Below are positions 38,667 to 49,165 of a stretch of DNA of 64,000 nucleotides, piece by piece. The notes under the pieces were generated by a model. That model saw only the letters and a list, made by a program, of their open reading frames with translations. It was not told the origin of the DNA and made no database searches. This DNA is from Dehalococcoidia bacterium (GTDB lineage Bacteria; Chloroflexota; Dehalococcoidia; GIF9; AB-539-J10). The stretch spans positions 76,358 through 140,357 of the forward strand of contig JAUWOR010000004.1 in the NCBI GenBank assembly GCA_030612025.1, read 5' to 3'. A program made the translations under genes and the position numbers. Numbering within the stretch: the first letter of the stretch is position 1; the number at the start of each line of letters is the position of its first letter.

Positions 38667-38908
38667 TCTAATTTTTATGTGGACCGGCTTGGGCATTTCA
38701 CTTAACTTGGATATATTCGACATCAATGTTAGATATCCTACCATTGAGATGTGCCATCCGAAGTTTACTTCGCATATACCCCGTTTTAGCAGACTGCTAA
38801 TCTTCATTCCCCTCAATCTCCTTTTCAACGTATGAATTTTTTAGTTATTAAATCTAGCGGACTTTTTATTTTGCTTAAATCTTCAGCTATGACTGCGATT
38901 AGCCTTAA

Positions 38909-40504
38909 TCAGCTTTTTGCCTTGCCAGCTCGTTTTACTAGCCAGTATTCTATGCTATCCGCTAAAGCGAGCCAACTGGCCTCAATGATATTAGTTGAAC
39001 TGCCTACAGTTCTCCAGTGCTCCTGGCCATCACTAGATTCAAGCAGCACTCGTACCTGTGAGGCAGTGCCAGCGGTTTCCTCAAGTATGCGCACTTTGTA
39101 ATCGGTGAGCTCTACAGCAGTCAAGTCAGGATAGAATTGAACCAAAGCTTTGCGTAAAGCCTGGTCAAGTGCATTAACCGGTCCATTACCTTCGGCAGCA
39201 GTATGTACTATCCTGTCATCTACTTTCACCTTGATGGTAGCTTCTGATAATGGCTCTTCCTGCTTTCCACTACTAGGAGGGCGGCGGCGTTTCTCCACCA
39301 CTACCATGAAATCAACTAGCTCGAAAGGCGGGCGATAATTTGGTTGGGCACGGTAGAGTAAAAGGTCAAACGATGCTTCAGCGCTATCATATTGAAAGCC
39401 TTGCTTTTCTAACGACTTAATTTGCTTTAGCACCTTTTCGATCTCTCCACCTTTGGGAATGGGTAGTTTACGTTCCTTAGCTTTGTAGATAATATTCCCT
39501 TTCCCCGCTAGCTCAGAAATGACAACATGAGGACGATTACCTACTAATTCAGGATTTATATGCTGGTAACTATCTGCCCATTTTGTTAAAGCGGAAACGT
39601 GGACTCCACCTTTATGAGTAAAAGCATTGGCACCTACGTAAGGAAGTCGAGTATGATGAGGCAAGTTAGCTAGCTCAGAGACATAACGGGAGAGATTGCG
39701 TAATTTGCTTAGCTGCTCCTGGGTGACGCAATCAATGCCCATCTTAAGCTTCAGAGTGGGAATGATAGAACAAAGGTTGGCGTTGCCACAGCGTTCGCCA
39801 TAGCCATTAATAGTTCCCTGAATCTGAATGACTCCCGCTTCAATAGCAGCTAAGGAGTTAGCTACAGCAAGTTCAGCATCATTGTGGGCATGAATGCCTA
39901 GGGGAACAGGAGTCACCTTTCGCACCGCTTTAATAGTCTCTGCTATTTGCTGAGGCAAAGTGCCTCCATTGGTGTCGCAAAGAACTACACTTTCAGTACC
40001 AGCTTTAGCGGCAGCAGTTATTACTGTAAGGCTATATTCAGGGTTTGTTCTATAGCCATCGAAAAAGTGCTCAGCGTCAAAGAAAACCCTTAGCCCTTTT
40101 GAATTAAGATAACTTATGGAGTCTGTGATCATGTTTAGGTTTTCTTCCAATGTGGTTTCTAGAACTTGGATTACTTGCTTATCCCAGGCTTTTCCTACAA
40201 TGGTGACCGCCTTGGTTTTAGCCTCTAATAGAGCCTGGAGGTTGACATCTTCAGCTGCCTTACAATGGGAACGCCTGGTGCTGCCAAAGGCAACCAGTGC
40301 TGAATGCCTCAAGCTAAAATCTTGTGCCTTGGCAAAGAATTCAGTATCTTTGGGGTTAGAGCCAGGCCAACCACCTTCGATGAAATCGATGCCAAGCTCG
40401 TCTAATTTCTGGGCAATCTTCAGCTTATCCTCAACAGAGAAGGAAATCCCTCCCTGTTGGGCACCGTCTCTTAAAGTTGTGTCATAAAGCTGGATTTGCG
40501 TCAC
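38909..40504 (-). CDS. cimA: Citramalate synthase
   Basis: DTTLRDGAQ, GGWPGSNPKD, FDAEHFFDG, HAHND. Confidence 0.92.
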   Translation of the reverse strand: MTQIQLYDTTLRDGAQQGGISFSVEDKLKIAQKLDELGIDFIEGGWPGSNPKDTEFFAKAQDFSLRHSALVAFGSTRRSHCKAAEDVNLQALLEAKTKAVTIVGKAWDKQVIQVLETTLEENLNMITDSISYLNSKGLRVFFDAEHFFDGYRTNPEYSLTVITAAAKAGTESVVLCDTNGGTLPQQIAETIKAVRKVTPVPLGIHAHNDAELAVANSLAAIEAGVIQIQGTINGYGERCGNANLCSIIPTLKLKMGIDCVTQEQLSKLRNLSRYVSELANLPHHTRLPYVGANAFTHKGGVHVSALTKWADSYQHINPELVGNRPHVVISELAGKGNIIYKAKERKLPIPKGGEIEKVLKQIKSLEKQGFQYDSAEASFDLLLYRAQPNYRPPFELVDFMVVVEKRRRPPSSGKQEEPLSEATIKVKVDDRIVHTAAEGNGPVNALDQALRKALVQFYPDLTAVELTDYKVRILEETAGTASQVRVLLESSDGQEHWRTVGSSTNIIEASWLALADSIEYWLVKRAGKAKS

Positions 40505-41586
40505 TTTATCCTCTGGGCAATTAAATCTCCCATTTCCTTTGTCCCTACCTTGGTCTTACCCTCCGACATTATATCGTAAGTTCGGTAGCCCTGCTCTAAG
40601 GTAGCCAAAACAGCATTTTCTATAGTTTGAGCTACGGTTTCCAACTCAAAGGAATAGCGAAGCATCATAGCTACACTTGAAATGGTAGCAATAGGGTTAG
40701 CTAGATTTTGTCCTGCCCGACTTGGAGCGCTGCCATGGATTGGCTCATACATACCAAAGGTCTTCCCTTTAGGAATTCCAGCCAAGCTAGCCGAAGGCAA
40801 CATGCCCATGGAGCCAGCCAGCATTGAAGCCTCGTCAGAGAGAATGTCTCCGAATGTGTTTTCGGTAACTAAAACATCTAAATCAGCAGGACGTTGGATA
40901 AGTCGCATGGCACAGGCATCTACTAACATATGTTGAAGCTCGACATCAGGATAGTCAGCAGAAATTTCTATGGCAATTTGTCGCCATAACCTGGATGACT
41001 GAAGGACATTGGCTTTATCAACTGAGATTAGCTTTTTAGACCGGGTGCGGGCTAATTCAAAGCCAACTCTCAATATGCGCTTAATCTCTGCTTCGGAATA
41101 AGCCATGGTATCAACAGCTTGCCTTCCCTCTGGAGTTTGCCACTGCTTCTTAGGTTGGCCAAAATAAAGCCCACCGGTAAGCTCTCTAACAAAAATTAAA
41201 TCAACACCTTGAACCACATTGGGCTTAAGGTTGGTGGAGTTAACCAGCATAGGTAAAACTTTTACCGGACGCAAATTGGCAAATAAACCTAGCTCTTTTC
41301 TCAAGGCTAAAAGTCCATCTTCCGGACGGACTTTAGCTCGAGGATCATCCCATTTGGGACCACCAACTGCCCCCAATAGTACAGCATCACATTGTTTGCA
41401 CATATCTAACGTTTCCTGGCTAAGAGCTGTACCTGAGACATCTATGGCACAGCCACCTACCAAGCCTTGGTGTAAAAGAAATTTGTGCCTGAATCTTTCA
41501 GCTACAGCCTGTAAAATTTTCGTTGCCTCAGCTACAACCTCGGGACCGATGCCGTCGCCAGGTAAAACTGCGACATCAAAATCCAT
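40501..41586 (-). CDS. leuB: 3-isopropylmalate dehydrogenase
   Basis: GDGIGPE, DKANVL, FGDILSD, EPIHGSAP. Confidence 0.96.
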   Translation of the reverse strand: MDFDVAVLPGDGIGPEVVAEATKILQAVAERFRHKFLLHQGLVGGCAIDVSGTALSQETLDMCKQCDAVLLGAVGGPKWDDPRAKVRPEDGLLALRKELGLFANLRPVKVLPMLVNSTNLKPNVVQGVDLIFVRELTGGLYFGQPKKQWQTPEGRQAVDTMAYSEAEIKRILRVGFELARTRSKKLISVDKANVLQSSRLWRQIAIEISADYPDVELQHMLVDACAMRLIQRPADLDVLVTENTFGDILSDEASMLAGSMGMLPSASLAGIPKGKTFGMYEPIHGSAPSRAGQNLANPIATISSVAMMLRYSFELETVAQTIENAVLATLEQGYRTYDIMSEGKTKVGTKEMGDLIAQRIK

Positions 41587-41632
41587 TCTATTTACCTCTC
41601 ACCTTTCGTTGTGTATCATTTTAAACCGTCAC

Positions 41633-41720
41633 TTGTCATTCTGAGCCCTTCGCCCTTTGTCATTCTGAGGGAGCAAAGCGACCGAAGAATCTCGGAAACC
41701 CTTCGCTATCACCCAAGGTG
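41633..41720. repeat. Family B element (leuD-leuB intergenic)
   Basis: tgtcattctgagcccttcgccctttgtcattctgagggagcaaagcgaccgaagaatctc. Confidence 0.85.
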
Positions 41721-41732
41721 CAGGTAAACACT

Positions 41733-42224
41733 TTATAATCGACTTTTAGTATATTCAATCAATCCACCAGCATTAATGATCCCCATCATAAATTCGGGGT
41801 AAGGATTAGCCATAAATGTCTTATGCTTGGAAATGTTCTTAATTTCCCAACTCGACAAATCTACTTCTAGTATATCGCCATCTTCTATTTCATTTGCTGC
41901 TTCAGCACATTCCAGAAGAGGCAAGCCAATATTGATGGCATTACGGAAGAAAATGCGAGCGAAGCTTTGGGCGATAACACAAGAAATGCCGCATGCTTTA
42001 ATAGCCAAAGGAGCATGCTCCCGAGATGAACCATAGCCAAAATTAGCGGTGGCCACTATAATATCTCCGGGCCTTACTTTGGTGATAAATTCGGGGGCAA
42101 TATCCTCCATACATTGCTTTGCTAGCTTCTCAGGCTCAGAAATATTGAGGTAGCGCGCTGGAATGATAACATCGGTATCAACGTTAGCGCCGAATTTGTG
42201 AACTTTACCTCTTAATCTCACCAC
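41733..42224 (-). CDS. leuD: 3-isopropylmalate dehydratase small subunit
   Basis: [25 protein letters not shown]. Confidence 0.95.
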   Translation of the reverse strand: MVRLRGKVHKFGANVDTDVIIPARYLNISEPEKLAKQCMEDIAPEFITKVRPGDIIVATANFGYGSSREHAPLAIKACGISCVIAQSFARIFFRNAINIGLPLLECAEAANEIEDGDILEVDLSSWEIKNISKHKTFMANPYPEFMMGIINAGGLIEYTKSRL

Positions 42225-42243
42225 CTAAATACTCTCCTCTAGG

Positions 42244-42696
42244 CTAATGGGTAATAAAATCATTATAGGGGGCATTCAGTGCCAAAGCTGCGTAGATCTC
42301 AAAAAGTGCCTGCGTAATTTGGTCATCAATTTGTATAACGCGTATTTTCATTTGGGCAACGCGGTTCTTCGCTTCAAAAAAGGCTTCATCGAAACCTGGG
42401 GCTTGCTCCAATTCTTTGCGCGTAACATAGGCAGGGATCTCTTTAGCACGCATCTTCTCCTTGGCTAGATTGAAGGCAAATGAGGCGCTATTGTGTGTCG
42501 AACTCAACCTGCCATGCTCTTGAAGCCTTGCCTTGAGTCGATTAGATCGCCCCACATAGAGAACTTTATCATTCTCGTAAAATATGTAGACACCCCACTC
42601 GGGAATGCCAATAAGATTCTCCCGCGTTCGAAAAAGTTGAGACTCCAGACTTTGAAGCAATCCCGGCATCTTTGCTACTAACTCGTTAAAATTCAT
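42244..42696 (-). CDS. GIY-YIG nuclease-family protein
   Basis: GVYIFY-x6-LYVGRS..L..RL..H, with C-terminal E and N (ALFEIY...PYN). Confidence 0.8.
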   Translation of the reverse strand: MNFNELVAKMPGLLQSLESQLFRTRENLIGIPEWGVYIFYENDKVLYVGRSNRLKARLQEHGRLSSTHNSASFAFNLAKEKMRAKEIPAYVTRKELEQAPGFDEAFFEAKNRVAQMKIRVIQIDDQITQALFEIYAALALNAPYNDFITH

Positions 42697-42709
42697 ATTG
42701 ATCTAAGTA

Positions 42710-44071
42710 TTATTGCCTCCTTTGAAGGATTTCCTCTGGACTAGTAATTCTGCCTAGAATAGCGCTAGCAGCAGCTATTGCAGGACTTGCCAAATAGACC
42801 TCGGACTGAGGGCTTCCCATTCTGCCCACAAAATTGCGATTGGTGGTAGCTAAGCAGCGTTCACCGGCAGCTAAAACTCCCATGTGTCCACCAAGACAAG
42901 GCCCACAAGTAGGAGTGCTTACTACAGCCCCGGCTTCTATAAAAGTTTCTATTAGCCCCTCTCTCAAAGCATCAAGATAAACCTTCTGCGAGCCAGGAAT
43001 GATGATGCACCTCAATTCGGGGTATATCTGTCTTCCTTGAAGCAATTTAGCCGCTACTCTCAAATCATCAAGGCGACCATTGGTACAACTGCCAATTACT
43101 ACCTGGTCTAGTTTTATGTCACCCACTTGACTTATGGGTTTAGTATTAGAGGGAAGATGAGGGAAAGCCACTTGAGGCTCAATCCTTGATACATCGTATT
43201 CTATTATTTTGGCGTATTCAGCAGCCTCACTTGACTGAGATTCTTCGCGGAGTTTATCCTGAGCGAGATTCTTCGGTCGCTCTGCTCCCTCAGAATGACA
43301 GAAAGCGAAGGGTTCAGAATGACGAAGCGGGGGCTCAGAGTGATGATATTGGTGAGGGTGTTCTTTTACATATTCCTTAGTCTTATCATCCACATTAAAA
43401 ATGCCAGCTTTAGCTCCAGCTTCAATGGCCATATTTGCCATAGTAAAGCGCCCATCCATTGGCAACTCATCAACTGCTTCACCGCTAAACTCCATAACCG
43501 AGTAAAGCGCTCCATCCACACCGATATCGCCGATGGTATAGAGGATAAGATCTTTACCACTAACCCATCTGGACACCTTCCCATGGTAAATAAACTTAAT
43601 CGTTTGTGGCACCTTCATCCATATTTCACCGGTAGCCATAGCTACAGCAATGTCAGTTGAACCCATGCCTGTGGCAAAAGCTCCCAGGGCACCATAAGTA
43701 CAAGTATGGGAATCAGCGCCAACAATGACTTGCCCAGGCAAGACCAAGCCTTGCTCAGGCAAGAGCACATGCTCAATCCCCATTCGCCCTACTTCGAAGT
43801 AAATCAGTCCTTGTTCTTTAGCGAACTCACGCATCAGCTTTGCTTGTTCAGCAGATTGTATATCTTTATTAGGGCAAAAATGATCGGGAACCATGACTAT
43901 CTTTGTGGGGTCAAATACCTTCGGCACTTCAAGCCGTTGGAACTCCTTTATGGCTAAGGGTGCAGTTATATCATTGGCTAAGACTAAATCAACCCTAACA
44001 TTTATAAACTCGCCAAGGCTGACTTTCTCCTTGCCACTATGAGCTGCCAAGATTTTTTCAGCTAAAGTCAT
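42710..44071 (-). CDS. leuC: 3-isopropylmalate dehydratase large subunit (with repeat-derived insert)
   Basis: [26 protein letters not shown]. Confidence 0.96.
   Translation of the reverse strand: MTLAEKILAAHSGKEKVSLGEFINVRVDLVLANDITAPLAIKEFQRLEVPKVFDPTKIVMVPDHFCPNKDIQSAEQAKLMREFAKEQGLIYFEVGRMGIEHVLLPEQGLVLPGQVIVGADSHTCTYGALGAFATGMGSTDIAVAMATGEIWMKVPQTIKFIYHGKVSRWVSGKDLILYTIGDIGVDGALYSVMEFSGEAVDELPMDGRFTMANMAIEAGAKAGIFNVDDKTKEYVKEHPHQYHHSEPPLRHSEPFAFCHSEGAERPKNLAQDKLREESQSSEAAEYAKIIEYDVSRIEPQVAFPHLPSNTKPISQVGDIKLDQVVIGSCTNGRLDDLRVAAKLLQGRQIYPELRCIIIPGSQKVYLDALREGLIETFIEAGAVVSTPTCGPCLGGHMGVLAAGERCLATTNRNFVGRMGSPQSEVYLASPAIAAASAILGRITSPEEILQRRQ
43237..43345. repeat. Family B composite element in frame in leuC
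   Basis: Encodes [36 protein letters not shown]; nucleotide sequence close to 14593-14678. Confidence 0.9.
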
Positions 44072-44148
44072 TACTCGCTATCCTCAAATTCCTAGCCACG
44101 AATCTTAGGAATCATTAAAATTCTTACGGTGATACGGAATAGGCTCAA

Positions 44149-45678
44149 CTAAGGTTTTCCTTTCTCAGTCTCTTTCTTGGCTAAAAGTCGGTTCAGAGCA
44201 TTCATATATGCCTTGGCACTAGCCACGATGATATCGGTAGAGGCACCCCGGCCGGTATAGGTGATGCCCTCGCTCTCAATTCTTATTAATACCTCTCCAA
44301 TTGCATCAATGCCTTCGGTAATCGATTTAATAGTGAACTCAGTAAGTTTATTTGGGATGCCAACTATACGATTAATAGCCTTGTAGACAGCATCCACTGG
44401 TCCAGTGCCTAAGGCAGCATCAGCTAGGCTTTGTCCGCCAGGTCCAATGAGCCTCACTGTAGCCGTAGGAAGGCTATGGTCACCACAAGAAACCTCGACA
44501 TGGTCGAGATGGTATACTTCGGTGGTAGCGCGAAGTTCTTCAGCTATCAGAGATTCGATATCACGATCAGTAATCTCTTTTTTCTTATCAGCTAGCCCTT
44601 TGAAGCTCTGAAATGCGCGGCTCAGAGCCTCTTCACTTAGAGTGTAGCCAAGCTCTATTAACCTCTCCTTGAAAGCATGCTTGCCACTTAATTTACTTAA
44701 TACCAGGCTGCTTGCCGGTATACCAACCGACCTTGGATTCATAATTTCATAAGTTATGGCTTTCTTTATTAAACCATCCTGATGAATACCTGATTGATGA
44801 CGAAAGGCATTCGCCCCAACAACGGCTTTATTGGCTTGAATAGAGAAGCCAGTAAGTTCACTCACAAGACGACTCGTCTTGTATATCTGGGTAGTGTCAA
44901 CATTGGTGGTGAGATTAAAGGAATCCTGGCGAGTCTTTAGCGCCATTACGATCTCTTCCAGAGAGGCGTTACCAGCACGCTCTCCAATGCCATTGATAGT
45001 GCACTCAACCTGCCGCGCGCCATTGCGTATTGCCTCAAGGCTGTTGGCTACCGCTAATCCTAAATCATTATGGCAATGAATGCTTATTACGGCTTTATGG
45101 ATATTGGGCACATTAACTAGAATGCTTTGGATCAAGCTGCCAAATTCCTGTGGTGTAGCATAGCCTACAGTATCAGGTATGTTTACTGTGGTTGCCCCAG
45201 CATCAATCGCAGCTTCTAAGATATGATAGAGGTAAGCCGGCTCAGTGCGACTAGCATCCATAGGTGAGAACTCAACGTCGTCAACATAACTTTTAGCTCG
45301 AGCCACCATTTTCTGAGCCATCTCCAGAATTTCCTCGCGGCTTTTATTAAGCTGGTAGAGAAGGTGGATATCCGAGGCAGAGAGGAAAACATGGATTCGG
45401 GGGTGAGCTGCCTCTTTAATTGCCTGCCAAGCTCTATCCACAGCCACAGCATTGGCATGGGATAAAGCGCAAATTATGGGACGCCGAACTTCTCTGCTGA
45501 TAAGTTGAACAGCTTCAAAATCGCTAGGCGAGCTAATGGGAAAACCAGCTTCAATAACATCAACGCCAAGCTTATCTAATTGCTTAGCTATTTCTAACTT
45601 TTCCTGAGCATTTAAACTTGCTCCTGCCGCTTGTTCCCCATCCCTTAAGGTAGTGTCAAAAATGATTACTCTGTCCAT
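44149..45678 (-). CDS. leuA: 2-isopropylmalate synthase
   Basis: [22 protein letters not shown], regulatory domain. Confidence 0.95.
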   Translation of the reverse strand: MDRVIIFDTTLRDGEQAAGASLNAQEKLEIAKQLDKLGVDVIEAGFPISSPSDFEAVQLISREVRRPIICALSHANAVAVDRAWQAIKEAAHPRIHVFLSASDIHLLYQLNKSREEILEMAQKMVARAKSYVDDVEFSPMDASRTEPAYLYHILEAAIDAGATTVNIPDTVGYATPQEFGSLIQSILVNVPNIHKAVISIHCHNDLGLAVANSLEAIRNGARQVECTINGIGERAGNASLEEIVMALKTRQDSFNLTTNVDTTQIYKTSRLVSELTGFSIQANKAVVGANAFRHQSGIHQDGLIKKAITYEIMNPRSVGIPASSLVLSKLSGKHAFKERLIELGYTLSEEALSRAFQSFKGLADKKKEITDRDIESLIAEELRATTEVYHLDHVEVSCGDHSLPTATVRLIGPGGQSLADAALGTGPVDAVYKAINRIVGIPNKLTEFTIKSITEGIDAIGEVLIRIESEGITYTGRGASTDIIVASAKAYMNALNRLLAKKETEKGKP

Positions 45679-45712
45679 TTAATCCTCCTTGGTAGCCGAC
45701 TCAAGGAGTTTT

Positions 45713-46714
45713 CTAGCTACTAACTCCTTTCAGCCAAGGCATCATTTCCCTAAGCTTTTTGCCTACAACTTCGACTGGGTGTTCAGCTTCCCTTCTTTTC
45801 AGAGCATTAAAACTAGGACGACCAGCCTGGTTTTCCAAAATCCATTCTCTGGCAAAGCTGCCATCCTGAATCTCTGCCAGGATTTGCTCCATTTCCTCTT
45901 TGACTAAATCGTTAATAACCCGTGGCCCTCGGGTATAATCGCCATACTCGGCAGTATCGCTTACAGAGTACCTCATGTAATTCAAGCCACCTTGATACAT
46001 AAGGTCAACAATGAGCTTCAGCTCATGGAAACACTCAAAATAAGCGATCTCTGGTTGGTAGCCAGCTTCCACCAAAGTCTCGAAACCAGCTTTGACCAAG
46101 GAAGATACCCCTCCACAGAGCACTGTTTGCTCACCAAAAAGGTCAGTCTCGGTTTCCTCAGCAAAAGTTGTTTCCAGAACCCCAGCCCTAGCACAGCCGA
46201 TACCTTTGGCATAAGCTAGAGCAATATCTTTTGCTTTACCCGAGGCATCTTGATGAATAGCAACTAAAGCCGGGATACCTGAGCCCTCAATGTAAAGTCG
46301 GCGTAGTATATGCCCCGGGCCTTTAGGGGCTATCATGCTAACATCGACATCAGGAGGCGATACAATTTGTGAATAGTGGATGTTAAAGCCGTGAGCGAAC
46401 ATCAAGGTTTTGCCTTTAGATAGTTCCTTCTCGATTGACTCATGGTAGATTAGTGGATGTAAATTATCTGGAGCAAGCATAACAATGATATCGGCATGCC
46501 TTGTTACTTCAGCGGCGCTAGTCACCTTAAAACCAGCGCTTTCTGCTGCTTTCCAGCCTTCGCTGCCTGGTGCTTCAGCGACAATAACATGGCAGCCACT
46601 GTCCCTCAGATTCTGGGCATGGGCATGCCCTTGGCTACCATAGCCGACAATGCCAATCGTTTTCCCTTTGATTAAGTCTAAGTTAGAATCCTTGTCATAG
46701 TAAATTTTAGCCAT
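45713..46714 (-). CDS. ilvC: Ketol-acid reductoisomerase
   Basis: [25 protein letters not shown]. Confidence 0.96.
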   Translation of the reverse strand: MAKIYYDKDSNLDLIKGKTIGIVGYGSQGHAHAQNLRDSGCHVIVAEAPGSEGWKAAESAGFKVTSAAEVTRHADIIVMLAPDNLHPLIYHESIEKELSKGKTLMFAHGFNIHYSQIVSPPDVDVSMIAPKGPGHILRRLYIEGSGIPALVAIHQDASGKAKDIALAYAKGIGCARAGVLETTFAEETETDLFGEQTVLCGGVSSLVKAGFETLVEAGYQPEIAYFECFHELKLIVDLMYQGGLNYMRYSVSDTAEYGDYTRGPRVINDLVKEEMEQILAEIQDGSFAREWILENQAGRPSFNALKRREAEHPVEVVGKKLREMMPWLKGVSS

Positions 46715-46730
46715 AACACTCCCTCCTTCA

Positions 46731-46925
46731 GAGAAATCCTAATTTCTAATATCTAAATCCTAAACAAATCCTAACAAATATCAAAAATCAAAGATAAAAA
46801 ATTAAAATTACAATTCAAAATGCAAAAAGGCTTTACTAAACTGATTTTTAAATTTTGCCCTGTCATTTTGCATTTTTACTTTTGCCTTTTGATTTTCCTT
46901 TAGGATTCGGTGCTTCGGATTTTCA
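46731..46925. repeat. AT-rich inverted tandem repeat (family D) between ilvN and ilvC
   Basis: aaatcctaatttctaatatctaaatcctaaacaaat...caaaaatcaaa...ttttgcatttttacttttg...ttaggattcggtgcttcggatttt. Confidence 0.7.
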
Positions 46926-47414
46926 CTGGGTGCCTCCACGAGTTAGAGCAACCCTTCCTGTTTTGGTAACCTCTTTAATGCCAAAGCTGCGGAGAAGTTC
47001 GAGTAGTGACTTTACTTTATCCTCGTCTCCAGTGACTTCTACTGTTACTGAATCCGAGCTAACATCAACTATATTGGCTCTAAAAATATCCACGATCTGC
47101 ATAATTTCGCTTCTTGTTGAAGCAGTAGCGTTGACTTTGATTAAGGCTAACTCCCTGGCTACTATATCTTCTTCGGTTATATCGGACACTCTAATCACAT
47201 TGATTAGTTTGTCTAATTGCTTCCTAACTTGCTCTACTTTTGCAGAGTCGCCATTAACAACAACCGTCATGCGAGATAAGCCAGGCTGTTCACTGTGTCC
47301 TACAGCAAGGCTTTGTATGTTAAAGGCTCGGCGGCGAAAAAGGCTAGCTACTCTATTCAACACACCAGGCTTATCTTCTACTAAAGCTACTAGGGTATGT
47401 TTTGTATCAGACAA
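46923..47414 (-). CDS. ilvN: Acetolactate synthase small subunit
   Basis: DKPGVLNRVASLF, RELALIKV. Confidence 0.95.
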   Translation of the reverse strand: MSDTKHTLVALVEDKPGVLNRVASLFRRRAFNIQSLAVGHSEQPGLSRMTVVVNGDSAKVEQVRKQLDKLINVIRVSDITEEDIVARELALIKVNATASTRSEIMQIVDIFRANIVDVSSDSVTVEVTGDEDKVKSLLELLRSFGIKEVTKTGRVALTRGGTQ

Positions 47415-47427
47415 TTTACTCCTTTTC

Positions 47428-47475
47428 CACCCTCACCTTATTCCTCTCCCTTCAAGGGAGAGGTTAGGTGAGGGC
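47428..47475. repeat. Family C palindrome encoding the ilvB C-terminus and stop
   Basis: ccctcacct..cctctcccttcaagggagagg..aggtgaggg, read as PSPNLSLEGRGIR*. Confidence 0.85.
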
Positions 47476-49154
47476 ATTTCTACCTTTGGCAGTTCTAAAG
47501 TTTCGGATAAACTTCCCCCAAGCGGTACCATAGGATAGACATTTTCCTCTGGCTCAACAACAAAGTCGATAAGAAAAGCCCCAGGGTAATCCATTGCTTT
47601 CTGTATAGCCGGATTTACCTCCTCCCTGCGTTTTACTCTTATTCCAGGGATATCGTAGGCTTCGGCAATCTTAACAAAATCCGGGTTCCAGAGTTTTGTA
47701 TCAACATAGCGATGCTCATAAAATAACTCCTGCCACTGTCTTACCATCCCCAGATAGCCATTATTAATAATAGCTATTTTTATGGCAATATTCTCCTGTG
47801 TTATGGTAGCCAATTCTTGAATGGTCATTTGGAAGCCACCATCACCAGCGATGCACCATACCATTTCCCCAGGGCAACCAACTTTGGCTCCAATAGCAGC
47901 GGGAAGCTCAAACCCCATAGTGCCCAAGCCTCCTGAGGAGATGAAGCTGTTTGGTTTAGTATAAACGAAATGTTGTGCGGCCCACATTTGATTCTGCCCT
48001 ACTCCAGTAACTACTATGGCATTGCCTCGGGTAGCTTCATAAATCTGGTGGATAACATATTGAGGTAAAAGCTCGTCATTCTGCCTAATATCCAGTGATG
48101 GATGCTCATACCTCCACTGTTCTAACTGAGAGAGCCAATCTAGATGGTCTCTGGAGTCGATTTCCTTATTCATAGCCTTTAATACATTCTTGACATCACC
48201 TACTATGGGCATATCTACCCGCACATTCTTTCCTATCTCTGCCGGGTCAATATCAATATGAACAATATGGGCATTAGGAGCAAAACCGCCGGTATTTGCC
48301 GTAGCTCGATCATCAAATCGCATACCAATGGCGATGATAAGGTCAGCACTTTGCACTGCCATGTTGGCATAAGCCATGCCATGCATTCCCATCATGCCAA
48401 GACTAAGAACATGGTTTTGGGGGAAAGAACCAAGGCCAAGGAGTGTATTAACCACTGGTATTTGTGCCTTCTCGGCTAATTCCTTGAGCTCATCATGAGC
48501 CTGGGAAATAATTATTCCTCTACCGGCAATGATAAGGGGTCTTTGAGCTTGGTTAATAAGCTTGGCTGCCCTTTTGACCTGAACTGAATGACCTCGGGAG
48601 ATGAACTTGTAGCCTGGCAGATTAACCTTGTCAGGATAAACAAATTCTACTTCCTCTTGCTGTACATCCCTTGGTATATCAATAAGCACAGGACCTGGCC
48701 TCCCCGTCTGGGCAATATAAAAAGCCTCCTTAACTGTTCCTGCTAGCTCAGTGGCATCGGAAACAGAATAATTGTGCTTGGTGATAGGAAGCGTAATGCC
48801 CGTAATATCCGCCTCTTGGAAGGCATCCTTGCCAATGAAAGGTCTAGCTACCTGGCCAGTTATAGCTACCATAGGAGAGGAGTCCATAAAAGCATTGGCA
48901 ATCCCGGTTACCAAGTTAGTAGCTCCCGGGCCTGAAGTAGCTAGACATACTCCTGCTTTATGTGTTGCTCTGGCATAGCCATCGGCAGCATGGGCTGCCC
49001 CTTGCTCATGACGAACCAATATATGCCGAAGTTGGGGATATTGAGGAAGGGTATCATATAGCGGTAGCACAGCACCACCAAGAATACCAAAAATAACTTC
49101 TACTCCCTCTTTAATTAAGCTTTCACACAAAATCTGAGCGCCAGTCTTCTTCAT
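47433..49154 (-). CDS. ilvB: Acetolactate synthase large subunit
   Basis: RHEQGA, TSGPGATN, GDGGFQM, LGMVRQWQ. Confidence 0.96.
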   Translation of the reverse strand: MKKTGAQILCESLIKEGVEVIFGILGGAVLPLYDTLPQYPQLRHILVRHEQGAAHAADGYARATHKAGVCLATSGPGATNLVTGIANAFMDSSPMVAITGQVARPFIGKDAFQEADITGITLPITKHNYSVSDATELAGTVKEAFYIAQTGRPGPVLIDIPRDVQQEEVEFVYPDKVNLPGYKFISRGHSVQVKRAAKLINQAQRPLIIAGRGIIISQAHDELKELAEKAQIPVVNTLLGLGSFPQNHVLSLGMMGMHGMAYANMAVQSADLIIAIGMRFDDRATANTGGFAPNAHIVHIDIDPAEIGKNVRVDMPIVGDVKNVLKAMNKEIDSRDHLDWLSQLEQWRYEHPSLDIRQNDELLPQYVIHQIYEATRGNAIVVTGVGQNQMWAAQHFVYTKPNSFISSGGLGTMGFELPAAIGAKVGCPGEMVWCIAGDGGFQMTIQELATITQENIAIKIAIINNGYLGMVRQWQELFYEHRYVDTKLWNPDFVKIAEAYDIPGIRVKRREEVNPAIQKAMDYPGAFLIDFVVEPEENVYPMVPLGGSLSETLELPKVEMPSPNLSLEGRGIR

Positions 49155-49165
49155 AATAGCTCCTC

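Noticed and set aside
43237-43345. leuC insert as an intein or self-splicing intron
   Set aside because: Too short, lacks intein termini and group I/II motifs, and matches the intergenic repeat family.
46855-47538. 227-aa plus-strand ORF and the many other antisense ORFs
   Set aside because: Shadow frames of well-supported genes, with no motifs or RBS.
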